From positions 1-32,480 of IMG/VR virus record IMGVR_UViG_3300034088_000006: a DNA stretch of 32,480 nucleotides; one strand, written 5' to 3'. The notes under the pieces are model-generated. The model worked only from the letters and a program-made list of their open reading frames with translations. It searched no databases and was not told where the DNA came from. This document shows positions 24,062 through 32,480 of the stretch, in pieces. The first letter of the stretch is position 1. The number at the start of each line of letters is the position of its first letter. Both the position numbers and the translations under genes were made by a program. The stretch comes from a virus (taxonomy: Duplodnaviria; Caudoviricetes).

Positions 24062-24292
24062 TTAATGCCAAATCATTTGATTTTCTACTTCGTGAACGTG
24101 ACCGCATTTTTTACAAAACATATAAGCGTCACCTTCTGCGTTTTCTTCGCTTATTCTAGAGCAAGTATAATTCCAAGTTCCACAATTATGGCAAAAGGTC
24201 AAATTTACAAACACTTCTTCTAAAGTTTTATTAATATTTGAAGGTTTTAGGTTATATTTAAGTTTCTTAAAACCTTCAATGTATGGCTTCAT
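24062..24292 (-). CDS. Zinc-ribbon protein
   Basis: Start ATG 24292 in an ATGA overlap with the primase stop; CHNCG and CKKCG. Confidence 0.7.
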   Translation of the reverse strand: MKPYIEGFKKLKYNLKPSNINKTLEEVFVNLTFCHNCGTWNYTCSRISEENAEGDAYMFCKKCGHVHEVENQMIWH

Positions 24293-26589
24293 TTGAATTT
24301 GTTTTTGATCGTCGAAAAGCATAACTGCCTCGTATTAAATTCACGCTCAATTTGGCCAATTGGAATTTCCTGCATTTCGCCTGAATCAATTAAAGACTTG
24401 ATAACTTTCTTCAATGCGTTTGTAGCTCCAATTTTGTCATTTCTAAAACAAGAAAGCGGTGCTAAACGCTGGTTAAGATATTTATAAGTAACAATTTTAA
24501 GATTAAACATTTCTTGCGCAACACTTTTATATTTTTTGATTTGGTCATATTCAGCAATTCTAAATTCTTCAACAATTCTTGTAGCTTCTTTGATTTGATT
24601 GAAGTCGATATTGTTTGAACTAACTTCACCATTTTCAAACTTGGAAATGATGTTTTCATTATCGAAATTGATAATATTGATTGCCCACAATGCCGCATCT
24701 TTCGTGATGACTGGATGAAACGGATTGATACCGATTGCGACAAGTGCGGCCAACTTCATAGCCTTGACATGAGAGCGTGTCCAAAGTTCCGCCGAAACAC
24801 CTTGAGTATCTGACTTGTTGATTTCACCATTGCATTTATTTTCGTTGTAATCGCTAAAAATCTTTGCGGCTTCATCATCAAATTTTACATGAATCACGCT
24901 TTTATTATTTATCAACATGAAAGAATTTGAAACAACAGTTGAAACGCTTTGAATCAATTCCCGGCTTGGATGCACTAAATAATGGTTTTTGTTTGAACTG
25001 CATCTTTCACCAAGATATTCAATTGTTGTGAAACGAGGAAGCAAGCCTTCAGAAATTAAATCTTCATCTAGCAAGCGGTAATACTTTTCCGGTGTGCATT
25101 CACCAAGAATTGAAAATGCAGGCGCGGTTAATGTTTGAACGTTTTTGTCACGATCCGAATAAACGATACCGCCTAGAGTTTGTCCATCGCCGGATTTATT
25201 ATACAGATTCAAAAACATTCGTCTCAAGCCTGTTGTGTTTGCGTTTGCATTGAAAGCTGTCAACTGTTTAAGCATCATTGCAAATTCTGTTAGCACAGAC
25301 ATAAAAGAAGGCGAAGCTTGCAAATGTTTAACCAAACCTTGTGGACTGGCAAACTCAGCAGGCCCGATAAAATCCACAACATTAGGCGTTGTTTTTTTAA
25401 CTTCCGAAACGATTTTATCAATACCTTTTGCCATCGCTTCTTTACCGCGTCCAGTCTTAGCTAACAGCACGAAGTAATTATTTAAGCCGGTGCCTGAAAC
25501 GTTGTATGACTTCCCACAAATTCCAGACATGAAAGCAAGCGCAGCGACTAAAGAAATTTCTTTAACAGGGTAGATTGATTGATCGTAAATGAACTGTGCA
25601 ATTTCTCCAATCAATCCAGGTGGAAACGTGTAGGGGTTAATGCGATTGATTGGAATTTTCTTTACTTCTGGTTCTTTCCATTCTTTTTTTTCAAGAATCT
25701 CTGTCATTTTTTCTTTGATTGCAACCAAGTCAACCAAAGGTGTCATGCGGTCAAATGATTTATTAATCATGTATGCAACGTAATCTTCACGGTTGGCTTT
25801 TTTGCGTTTACCTAATGCAGAAGCGCGAAAAATACGCTTGATTTGCGTTTTGTTCTGTGTATAAAAAGCAATAATATTAATAATTGCAAAATCCGCTTCG
25901 GATTGTGAAGTGTAATATTCAGTCCATCGCCCATCATAAAGTGCTTTAAATTTTTCGCCGTTTTGTGCATCGGCGGCTTTCTGCAAAATTTCAAAATCGG
26001 AATTTCGTTCTTGTTCATCACCATCGTAAATCGTAACTGAATCACTTTTGCTTTTCATTTCTGACCAAAGCAACGAAATTAATTCTTGCCTTGGCTCAAT
26101 CGGTGCATTATTAAATACTTGCCCTGTCATTGTCATATAACGCGCTGTCGAGTAGACTTCTACCGCTTGCTTACGCCTGCCTGTAGGCACGGAACCTTTA
26201 ACAATAATATGTAATCCGTAACCGCTTGGTGATTTTTCTGAATAACTAGAAAATGCTTCATGTATGCGGACTTGCCTATCTAAAATTTCTTGCGGTGTTT
26301 CATATTTTGGGTTGCCATGATTGTCAAGTTCAAATGGATTATCTAAATCAATGAATGTGAAAGGATCATTTTCAGTTAGAACAAATCCAATTCCGTTAAA
26401 ACCACCGTTAGAAAAAGCTTGGCAAGCGTGTTCAAAACTAGACCAAGTGCTAGGCTCAGTCACAGAAGCTAGGCCAAATGAATTAGGCTGATAAGGAACT
26501 TTTGTAGGCTTACCACCTAACATTTCCTCATATCGCCAGACAATCCACTGATTATACCGCTTAATTTCGTCCGGTATGCCTTCAAACAT
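24289..26589 (-). CDS. Primase-polymerase/helicase fusion (NrS-1 polymerase-like N-terminus, DUF3987-like C-terminus)
   Basis: QWIVW..K.KVPY, GIGFVL...FIDLD, SPSG.GLHI and EVYS..RYMTMTG motifs; helical domain SQSEADFA; P-loop LLAKTGRGKE. Confidence 0.9.
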   Translation of the reverse strand: MFEGIPDEIKRYNQWIVWRYEEMLGGKPTKVPYQPNSFGLASVTEPSTWSSFEHACQAFSNGGFNGIGFVLTENDPFTFIDLDNPFELDNHGNPKYETPQEILDRQVRIHEAFSSYSEKSPSGYGLHIIVKGSVPTGRRKQAVEVYSTARYMTMTGQVFNNAPIEPRQELISLLWSEMKSKSDSVTIYDGDEQERNSDFEILQKAADAQNGEKFKALYDGRWTEYYTSQSEADFAIINIIAFYTQNKTQIKRIFRASALGKRKKANREDYVAYMINKSFDRMTPLVDLVAIKEKMTEILEKKEWKEPEVKKIPINRINPYTFPPGLIGEIAQFIYDQSIYPVKEISLVAALAFMSGICGKSYNVSGTGLNNYFVLLAKTGRGKEAMAKGIDKIVSEVKKTTPNVVDFIGPAEFASPQGLVKHLQASPSFMSVLTEFAMMLKQLTAFNANANTTGLRRMFLNLYNKSGDGQTLGGIVYSDRDKNVQTLTAPAFSILGECTPEKYYRLLDEDLISEGLLPRFTTIEYLGERCSSNKNHYLVHPSRELIQSVSTVVSNSFMLINNKSVIHVKFDDEAAKIFSDYNENKCNGEINKSDTQGVSAELWTRSHVKAMKLAALVAIGINPFHPVITKDAALWAINIINFDNENIISKFENGEVSSNNIDFNQIKEATRIVEEFRIAEYDQIKKYKSVAQEMFNLKIVTYKYLNQRLAPLSCFRNDKIGATNALKKVIKSLIDSGEMQEIPIGQIEREFNTRQLCFSTIKNKFK

Positions 26590-26786
26590 TATTTCACCTT
26601 GTTTTCAAGGTAATTTTTCAGAGTCTCAATTCGATTGACTGAAGGGTTTTCAATTTTGTCTTGTGACAGACTTTTTAACCAACCTACTGGAATTGTGGTT
26701 TCCATTGAAATAAGGTCTAATGTCATCCATACAGGGCGATTTTTTAATAGTTTGATAGTCGAATCCCTTAGAACGGTGGTAATCAT
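26589..26786 (-). CDS. Cro/XRE-like HTH regulator
   Basis: Start ATG 26786 with a GAGG SD; TLDLISMETTIPVGWLKSL....IENPSVNRIETL..YL. Confidence 0.8.
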   Translation of the reverse strand: MITTVLRDSTIKLLKNRPVWMTLDLISMETTIPVGWLKSLSQDKIENPSVNRIETLKNYLENKVK

Positions 26787-26847
26787 TCCAGCCTCATTAA
26801 TAGATGATACGTTGGGCAACTCAGGAAAATTTTTCGATCCAAAAGAA

Positions 26848-26885
26848 AATCTACCCTTGACTTGGCCCCCTGTCAAGGGTAGATT
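26848..26885. promoter_or_regulatory. Palindromic overlapping divergent promoter pair
   Basis: 14-bp perfect inverted repeat; plus strand TTGACT-N17-TAGATT and minus strand TTGACA-N17-TAGATT. Confidence 0.85.
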
Positions 26886-26929
26886 GAACACACGCCGAAA
26901 TCGGCCACACCTCACAAGGCAGGCTGGGC

Positions 26930-27346
26930 ATGAACCAAGAATTTGATAATCTAATTATTGAATGGTTGCAGGCAAGTCATAATTTAGAAATTGCCAAAGA
27001 AAAGGAAATGGAGCTAAGAATAAAAATTGTTCCCGCTGTTCTAAGAGAATTTCGCTTGGAAGGTTTCACCAAAACTTTGCAACTTGGCAAAGGTTACAAG
27101 CTTCGTGCAACAAATACTGTAAACTACAAACTAGAAGAAGTTGAAAAAGTTGTGGAAGTAATTGACAAAATCGTTGAAATTGGTTGTGCTCACATTGCAA
27201 AAGATTTATTCAAGTGGAAACCTTCACTTTCTGAAACTCATTACAAACAATTACCATACGAAGTTAAAGAAATTGTTGACGAAATTCTAACAATCAAACC
27301 CGGTGCCCCCCAACTCAAATTTTTGAAGCCTGGAGACGATGACTAA
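26930..27346 (+). CDS. Hypothetical protein of the recombination module
   Basis: AKEKEMELR.KI, L.KWKPSLS...YK.L and LTIKPGAPQL; coupled by TAATG to the ATPase. Confidence 0.75.
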   Translation: MNQEFDNLIIEWLQASHNLEIAKEKEMELRIKIVPAVLREFRLEGFTKTLQLGKGYKLRATNTVNYKLEEVEKVVEVIDKIVEIGCAHIAKDLFKWKPSLSETHYKQLPYEVKEIVDEILTIKPGAPQLKFLKPGDDD

Positions 27347-28026
27347 TGCAATTTTCGGATTTAAAACCTGTCAATACCTTAGTCCAACGTTTCGGTGTTA
27401 AATCGCTTGTCTATGGTGGCCCTGGCTCTGGCAAAACTCCAATTATCAATACTGCGCCTAATCCTGTTATGATGGTGGTTGAACCCGGCATCCTTTCAAT
27501 GAAAAAAGACACACTTCCAGCTTGGGAAGCCTATACACCAAAGCGAATTGATGAATTTTTTCAATGGGTTTTCAATTCCAAAGAAACTTCAAAATTTGAT
27601 ACACTCGCTATTGACAGTGTTTCACAGTTGGCTGAAATTATTTTAATTGAAGAATTGGCATCCAATAAAGACGGACGCATGGCATACGGCAAAATGTCAA
27701 AGCGTATGATGGATTACATGACAGCTTTATATTTCATGCCAAACAAGCATGTTTACTTAATTGCAAAAATGGTTACGATTGATGAAATGGGTATTTCCAG
27801 AAAACGGCCTTACTTTCCAGGTATCGACTTAAATGTAAAAATTCCTCATATGTTTGACGAAATCCTTTATGCTGGCAAATTTCCTATTCCAGGATCTGGT
27901 ATTCATCCTGCATTCAGAACTAGAGAAGCTTTTGATTCCATGGCCCGTGATAGAAGCGGGGCACTTGATGAATACGAGCAAACCAACCTAACCCATATTT
28001 TCAACAAAATCATGAAGGCGGCTTAA
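27346..28026 (+). CDS. Sak4-like AAA ATPase / ssDNA annealing protein
   Basis: LVYGGPGSGKT and FDTLAIDSVS; located upstream of SSB. Confidence 0.88.
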   Translation: MQFSDLKPVNTLVQRFGVKSLVYGGPGSGKTPIINTAPNPVMMVVEPGILSMKKDTLPAWEAYTPKRIDEFFQWVFNSKETSKFDTLAIDSVSQLAEIILIEELASNKDGRMAYGKMSKRMMDYMTALYFMPNKHVYLIAKMVTIDEMGISRKRPYFPGIDLNVKIPHMFDEILYAGKFPIPGSGIHPAFRTREAFDSMARDRSGALDEYEQTNLTHIFNKIMKAA

Positions 28027-28206
28027 ATGAAAATCAAACCTTGCGCTTTTTGTGGGGAACACGTTGTATTTGAAAAATGTGTCAAATTTAGTGCTTTCCG
28101 AAGAAGATTTTTTGTTGAATGTCAACGCTGTCTATGTCAAGGACCGGTCGGTTCTAAAGCTGATACGGCGATTGAATTTTGGAATTTAAGAAAGGTTTCA
28201 GAATAA
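28027..28206 (+). CDS. Lar-family restriction-alleviation-like protein (59 aa, not in track)
   Basis: MKIKPCAFCG...FVECQRC.CQGP......AIEFWNLR matches the Lar signature. Confidence 0.8.
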   Translation: MKIKPCAFCGEHVVFEKCVKFSAFRRRFFVECQRCLCQGPVGSKADTAIEFWNLRKVSE

Positions 28207-28211
28207 ACAAC

Positions 28212-28298
28212 GCGAGGATGGCGGAATTGGTAGACGCCACAGACTTAAAATCTGTTGATCTTAGGATCGTGCCGGTTCGATCCCGGTTCCTCGCACCA
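28212..28298 (+). tRNA. tRNA-Leu (anticodon UAA)
   Basis: Acceptor stem GCGAGGA/TCCTCGC, anticodon arm ACAGA-CTTAAAA-TCTGT, long variable arm, GGTTCGATCC, encoded CCA. Confidence 0.96.
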
Positions 28299-28307
28299 CT
28301 TTTGAAA

Positions 28308-28384
28308 GCGTCTTTAGCTCAATTGGTCAGAGCATCGCCCTTTTAAGGCGGGGGTTTCGAGTTCAAATCTCGAAAGACGCACCA
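28308..28384 (+). tRNA. tRNA-Lys (anticodon UUU)
   Basis: Acceptor stem GCGTCTT/AAGACGC, D arm AGCTCAATTGGTCAGAGC, anticodon arm TCGCC-CTTTTAA-GGCGG, GTTCAAATC, encoded CCA. Confidence 0.95.
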
Positions 28385-28386
28385 AA

Positions 28387-28489
28387 GCTAGCGTCAATCC
28401 TTTATTCTCGATCTAGGTTGGGAAGGAATAATTAGGTGGCATAAGTCTCTCCTGTCTTACCTTCACTAATTATTCGGCGCTAGCAACCA
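28387..28489 (+). ncRNA. Structured tRNA-like RNA of unknown family ending in ACCA
   Basis: Terminal stem GCTAGCGTC/GGCGCTAGC plus AACCA; internal perfect 10-bp stem GAATAATTAG/CTAATTATTC. Confidence 0.55.
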
Positions 28490-28554
28490 TTTTCTAAGCA
28501 ACCGGGCCTTTTCCAGCTTGCCCACAAAAGCCGGAACTTTTGAAAGGTGCCAAT

Positions 28555-29139
28555 ATGGCCCAGCTTAATTTTAATGCTCATGCTGTTGATCCCTCGCAGC
28601 CGATGAGTTTTCTACCCGTTTCTGATCCTAACGGGCATCTTGTAATTATTATTGCTTCTGAAATGAAGGCCGCAAAAAGCAATCCAGAAAAGAACGGTTT
28701 TCTTGAACTGACTTTGCAGATCATTGACGGACAGCACAAGGGCGAAACAGGCGCTTATCGGCTCAATCTTTTCAATGAGTCTGCACAGGCTGTCGATATT
28801 GCCAGCAGGCAGCTTTCTGCTATTTGCCATGTCACGGGACAAATGATGATCGCCGAATCGTCACAGCTTCACAATATTCCGTTCCGCGCCATTGTTGCTT
28901 TGCAGAAGAAGACTTCTCCCACTGATCCTGATTACACCGAAATTAAGGGTGTTTTGGACATCAATGGAAACAAGCCCGCAAAGCCGGGGAGTGCCCCCCC
29001 TGCGCAGCCTACACAGGCCCCAGCACCCACCACTGCACCTGCGCCTTGGCCTACTTCTGCGCCACAGCAGCCTAGCGGCTTTGCCCAGCCTGGAGCGCCT
29101 ACTGTGGCACCTACCGCTAAAGCGCCTTGGCTTCCCTGA
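28555..29139 (+). CDS. Single-stranded DNA-binding protein (DUF669-like)
   Basis: Start ATG 28555; II.SEMK..K...G.L.L..QI.DG..KG....RLNL.N....AV.IA..QL..IC; Pro/Ala tail ending in PW. Confidence 0.85.
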   Translation: MAQLNFNAHAVDPSQPMSFLPVSDPNGHLVIIIASEMKAAKSNPEKNGFLELTLQIIDGQHKGETGAYRLNLFNESAQAVDIASRQLSAICHVTGQMMIAESSQLHNIPFRAIVALQKKTSPTDPDYTEIKGVLDINGNKPAKPGSAPPAQPTQAPAPTTAPAPWPTSAPQQPSGFAQPGAPTVAPTAKAPWLP

Positions 29140-29161
29140 ATAAATTAAAAAGTTTCAAGTC

Positions 29162-29200
29162 AAGCGGCTTTGCAGTCTAATAAATTGCAAAGCCGCTTTT
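29162..29200 (+). terminator. Intrinsic terminator after SSB
   Basis: 13-bp stem AAGCGGCTTTGCA/TGCAAAGCCGCTT with a T-run. Confidence 0.8.
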
Positions 29201-29213
29201 AGCAAAGGTGCCT

Positions 29214-30047
29214 ATGTCTAGAGAACTTCATCAAATTTCAGATTCAATTTTAAAAGCCATTGATGATTATTGTCAAAAAACATATGACGACGGGCATAGA
29301 ACACATTTAGGCGCTTCGATTATTGGTGATAAGTGCAAAGCCAAACTTTGGTTTACTTTTCGCTGGGTTTATCACTTTAAACATTCTGGACAAAAAGAAA
29401 GGCTTTTTAATACTGGGCATAAAGAAGAAGAAAGAATTATTGAATGGCTGCGTGGCTCTGGTTTTACAGTATACAATATTGACCCAAAGACAAATAAGCA
29501 ATTTAGAATTAGTGGTGTTAACGGTCATTATGGCGGTTCAATGGACGGAATTGTATTTATTTCTGATTTGGGAGAATGTCTTTTAGAGTGTAAAACCAAT
29601 AAAGACGGAAGTGATTTTAATAATCTATTTGAAAATGGTTTTAAAACTGAAAAAGAAAAGCATTGGGCTCAAGTTTGCTCATATGGCGAAAAATGGAATT
29701 TAAAGCATGTTGTGTATATAAATAAAAATAAAAACAACGATAAACTATATGTTGAAGTAGCTATTTTAGATGAAAATTTAGGCAAACAAATGGAGATAAA
29801 AGCAAAAGAAATTATCTATGCAAAAGCAAGGCCGCAAAGAATTGCGGAAACACCGGCTTATTTTGAATGTAAATATTGTGATTACATAGACGTTTGTCAC
29901 AAAGGCAAAGCAGCCGAAAAGAATTGCAGGTCATGCAAATTTTCCGAACCTGTAGAAAATGCAGAATGGAAGTGCAATAAATATAATTCAGTTTTGCCTA
30001 AAGAGTTCATTCCTAAAGGCTGTGATTTGTGGGAAGGAATTATTTAA
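29214..30047 (+). CDS. Cas4-like PD-(D/E)XK exonuclease
   Basis: HLGASIIG..C, GSMDG, LLECKT, Q...Y and C-terminal CKYC.Y..VC. Confidence 0.88.
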   Translation: MSRELHQISDSILKAIDDYCQKTYDDGHRTHLGASIIGDKCKAKLWFTFRWVYHFKHSGQKERLFNTGHKEEERIIEWLRGSGFTVYNIDPKTNKQFRISGVNGHYGGSMDGIVFISDLGECLLECKTNKDGSDFNNLFENGFKTEKEKHWAQVCSYGEKWNLKHVVYINKNKNNDKLYVEVAILDENLGKQMEIKAKEIIYAKARPQRIAETPAYFECKYCDYIDVCHKGKAAEKNCRSCKFSEPVENAEWKCNKYNSVLPKEFIPKGCDLWEGII

Positions 30048-31664
30048 ATGCAACTTAGATATTACCAAAAAGAAAGTGTAATATCTATTTTTGAATATTT
30101 CGCTAATGGCGGAAAAGGAAATCCTGTAATAGCTTTGCCTACAGGAACTGGCAAGGGCGTTATCATTGCGGAACTAGTTAGGCAATCTTTAGAATACTGG
30201 CCCAATCAACGTTTTATTATGTTAACTCATGTAAAGGAATTAATTGCTCAAAACGCTGAAAAGTTGCGCTATTTATGGCCTAACGCTCCGCTAGGTATTT
30301 TCTCAGCAGGTTTGAACGAAAAAAATTCAACACTTCCAATTATTTTCGCTGGAATTGCAAGTGTAAACGCAAGTGTAAACATATTTGGACATTTTGATAT
30401 TGTTATTGTTGATGAATGCCATACCATTTCGACTAAAGAATCTAGCATGTATCAAAAAGTAATTAACGAGTTAAAAATTGTTAATCCAAATATAAAAGTA
30501 ATTGGCCTTTCTGCTACACCTTTTCGTGTTGGTCAAGGCATGATTACTGACGGAGGTTTATTTACTGATATCGTCTGTGATTACACATCTTTAAACAAAT
30601 TTAATCAACTTATGAATGATGGTTTTATTTCCCCGTTAATTCCAAAAAGAACAAGTATTGAATACGATACAAGCCAAGTTAAACTTTCAAATGGAGATTT
30701 TGCGCAACATGAATTACAAGAAGCTATTGATGTTGATGCTATAACGTATGCAGTTATTAAGGAAATGGTGGAATATGGATACGATAGAAATTGCGGTTTG
30801 GTGTTTACAGCAGGCATTGAGCATTGCGAGCATGTTACATCGTGCATTCAATCTTTTGGTGAAACCGCTACTTGTGTTCATTCCAAAATGCCAACAATTC
30901 AACGTGACGAGCGAATACGAGATTTCAAAGCCGGGTTTTACAAATACATCGTTAGCAATGGCGTGTTAACAACCGGCTTTGACCATCCTCCAATTGATAT
31001 TATTGGAATGTTGCGGCCTACAATGTCACCCGGTTTATGGGTTCAAATTTTAGGCCGTGGAACTAGGCCATACGATTGGATGATTGAAAAACAATACATT
31101 CCGGGTTTTAACTATACAAAGCAAAATTGTTTAGTATTAGATTTTGCCGGTAACACAAAGCGTCTAGGGCCGATCAATGATCCCGTGAAGCCTCGAAAGA
31201 AGGGCCAGAAAGCAGGGGAAGCACCCATTAGGATCTGCGGGGCTTGCGGCGTCTACAATCACGCTAGCGCCCGTTTCTGTTGTGCCTGTGGGCAAGTTTT
31301 CGAGTTTAAGAATAAGCTTTTCGTTCACGCTGGCACAGACGAATTAATCAAAACTGATTTGCCATTGATTGAAACGTTTAATATTGACCGTGTAATTTAT
31401 CACAAGTATAACAAAATTGGTTCTCCAAATATGATTAGAGTTTCTTATTATTGCGGCTTGCGAAAATATGAAGAATTTGTATGTTTAGAACATGGCGGCT
31501 ATGCAGGCAAACGAGCCAGAGAATGGTGGAAAGAAAGAAGCCAGCAAGAATGCCCCGCCAATACCGAAGAAGCTTTGAATTTAATTTCACACTTAGCAAA
31601 ACCAGCTAGAATTAAAGTGCAAACTAATTGCAAATATCCAAAGGTATTAGGCTATGAGTATTAA
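30048..31664 (+). CDS. SF2 DEAD/DEAH helicase (RadD/YejH-like) with a zinc ribbon
   Basis: LRYYQ, PTGTGKG, VDECH, GLSATP, LTTGFD.P and QILGRGTR motifs; CGACG...CCACG. Confidence 0.95.
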   Translation: MQLRYYQKESVISIFEYFANGGKGNPVIALPTGTGKGVIIAELVRQSLEYWPNQRFIMLTHVKELIAQNAEKLRYLWPNAPLGIFSAGLNEKNSTLPIIFAGIASVNASVNIFGHFDIVIVDECHTISTKESSMYQKVINELKIVNPNIKVIGLSATPFRVGQGMITDGGLFTDIVCDYTSLNKFNQLMNDGFISPLIPKRTSIEYDTSQVKLSNGDFAQHELQEAIDVDAITYAVIKEMVEYGYDRNCGLVFTAGIEHCEHVTSCIQSFGETATCVHSKMPTIQRDERIRDFKAGFYKYIVSNGVLTTGFDHPPIDIIGMLRPTMSPGLWVQILGRGTRPYDWMIEKQYIPGFNYTKQNCLVLDFAGNTKRLGPINDPVKPRKKGQKAGEAPIRICGACGVYNHASARFCCACGQVFEFKNKLFVHAGTDELIKTDLPLIETFNIDRVIYHKYNKIGSPNMIRVSYYCGLRKYEEFVCLEHGGYAGKRAREWWKERSQQECPANTEEALNLISHLAKPARIKVQTNCKYPKVLGYEY

Positions 31665-31860
31665 TTTCCCATATTTAAATAAATGCACTAATAGAGATAT
31701 TATTAAAAATCAAAAACGATTAATTAAAATTTCAGCTTGGCAATGTTGCCAAAATTGTTTATTTTATAAAAAAGAAACTTGCGAAAATTTTAATGCAGTT
31801 CCGCCAGACGATGTTAAAATTGTTGGTTGTGAACATTGGGAATATGATATTCCATTTTGA
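31654..31860 (+). CDS. Small Cys-rich hypothetical protein
   Basis: CCQNC...C..FNA.PP......GCE.W.YDIPF; overlaps the helicase stop. Confidence 0.7.
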   Translation: MSINFPYLNKCTNRDIIKNQKRLIKISAWQCCQNCLFYKKETCENFNAVPPDDVKIVGCEHWEYDIPF

Positions 31861-31869
31861 GGTTAGAAA

Positions 31870-32480
31870 ATGTTTAAATGTTTCTTTTCTTATTATGGAT
31901 CGAAAGCAAAAATTGCAAAATATTACTCAAAACCTAAATTTGGTAAAATTGTGGAACCCTTTTGCGGTGCAGCAAATTATAGCGTTTTGCATTATCAAAA
32001 TGAAGTTTATTTAACAGATTTAAACAAAGATATTGTTGATACTTGGGAATTTCTTATAAATGCAAATATAAATGATATTTTAAAACTTCCAAAATTTGAA
32101 AAGGGCTTGGATCTTAGAAAATTAAATCTTTCAAACGGGGAAAGAAAATTTTGTGGTTTTTGGGTCAATCGTGGTATGACCTCTGCTTGCAATATTGTTT
32201 CAAATTTTGCAATGCAAAATTCTAACGGGGCGGAGTATTTTGAAATAAAGAAAAAAGAAGTGTCGGAAAATTTATTTAGGATTAAACATTGGAAAATTAA
32301 AGAAACTAGTTATGAAAACTTGTTAGACGATTTTAAAGCAACTTGGTTTATTGATCCGCCTTATTTTGATGGCGGAAAGCATTATAAATTTAATAAAATT
32401 GTTTATGAAAAATTAGCCGAATGGTGCAAAACTAGGTTGGGTTTAATAATCGTTTGTGAAAATACAAGTGCAACTTGGCT
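31870..32480 (+). CDS. DNA adenine methyltransferase (Dam/D12 class), runs off the window edge
   Basis: Not in the track. ATG 31870 gives FSYYGSKAK..., VEPFCGAANYS and in-frame WFIDPPY at 32344-32364. Confidence 0.92.
   Translation, partial: MFKCFFSYYGSKAKIAKYYSKPKFGKIVEPFCGAANYSVLHYQNEVYLTDLNKDIVDTWEFLINANINDILKLPKFEKGLDLRKLNLSNGERKFCGFWVNRGMTSACNIVSNFAMQNSNGAEYFEIKKKEVSENLFRIKHWKIKETSYENLLDDFKATWFIDPPYFDGGKHYKFNKIVYEKLAEWCKTRLGLIIVCENTSATW

Noticed and set aside
23906-24223. Plus-strand 105-aa ORF
   Set aside because: TTG start without an SD; it crosses terminator hairpins and is antisense to a zinc-ribbon gene.
26787-26946. N-terminal extension of the HTH ORF and plus-strand ORF 26635-26946
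   Set aside because: Both run through the palindromic promoter region; the SD supports a start at 26786.
28502-28534. Weak hairpin CCGG..CTTTT/AAAAGCCGG upstream of SSB
   Set aside because: Short, bulged and with alternative pairings; not enough to call a fourth RNA.
4616-31238. 11-mer TTAGGATCTGC seen three times (4616, 11754, 31228)
   Set aside because: All copies are in coding DNA in unrelated contexts; some 11-mer triple is plausible by chance in 32 kb.
1-32480. Alternative genetic code or prophage status
   Set aside because: Long genes are intact in the standard code and use all three stop codons. No integrase, att site or host genes are visible in the window.

Overview
This window is an AT-rich (roughly 35% GC by eye) segment of a tailed dsDNA siphophage. 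From memory, its gene order and its capsid and tail-tube sequences resemble the Pseudomonas phage 73 / Burkholderia phage KL1 group; this was not searched. Minus strand, read right to left: a Cro-like HTH gene, an NrS-1-type prim-pol/helicase, two candidate small RNAs, and a long AT-rich non-coding region (probable origin). Next come about 25 small early genes behind near-consensus sigma70 promoters, then lysis, terminase, portal, head, a two-gene head-fibre insert, neck and tail genes, and the start of the tape measure gene. Plus strand from 26930: a Sak4-like ATPase, a Lar-like protein, tRNA-Leu(UAA), tRNA-Lys(UUU), a third structured CCA-ending element, SSB, a Cas4-like nuclease, an SF2 helicase and a truncated DNA adenine methylase. 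No integrase, CRISPR array or standalone DNA polymerase is visible in the window. The most unusual signals are: the tRNA-like third RNA, a promoter-driven Met-Lys-stop minigene in a phage carrying its own tRNA-Lys, two tandem sRNA-like units, a 9-bp motif repeated inside promoter spacers, a perfectly symmetric bidirectional promoter, a signal-peptide-bearing beta-helix head fibre, and a zinc-finger gene split at an A9 tract. All family assignments rest on motif recognition, not on database searches.
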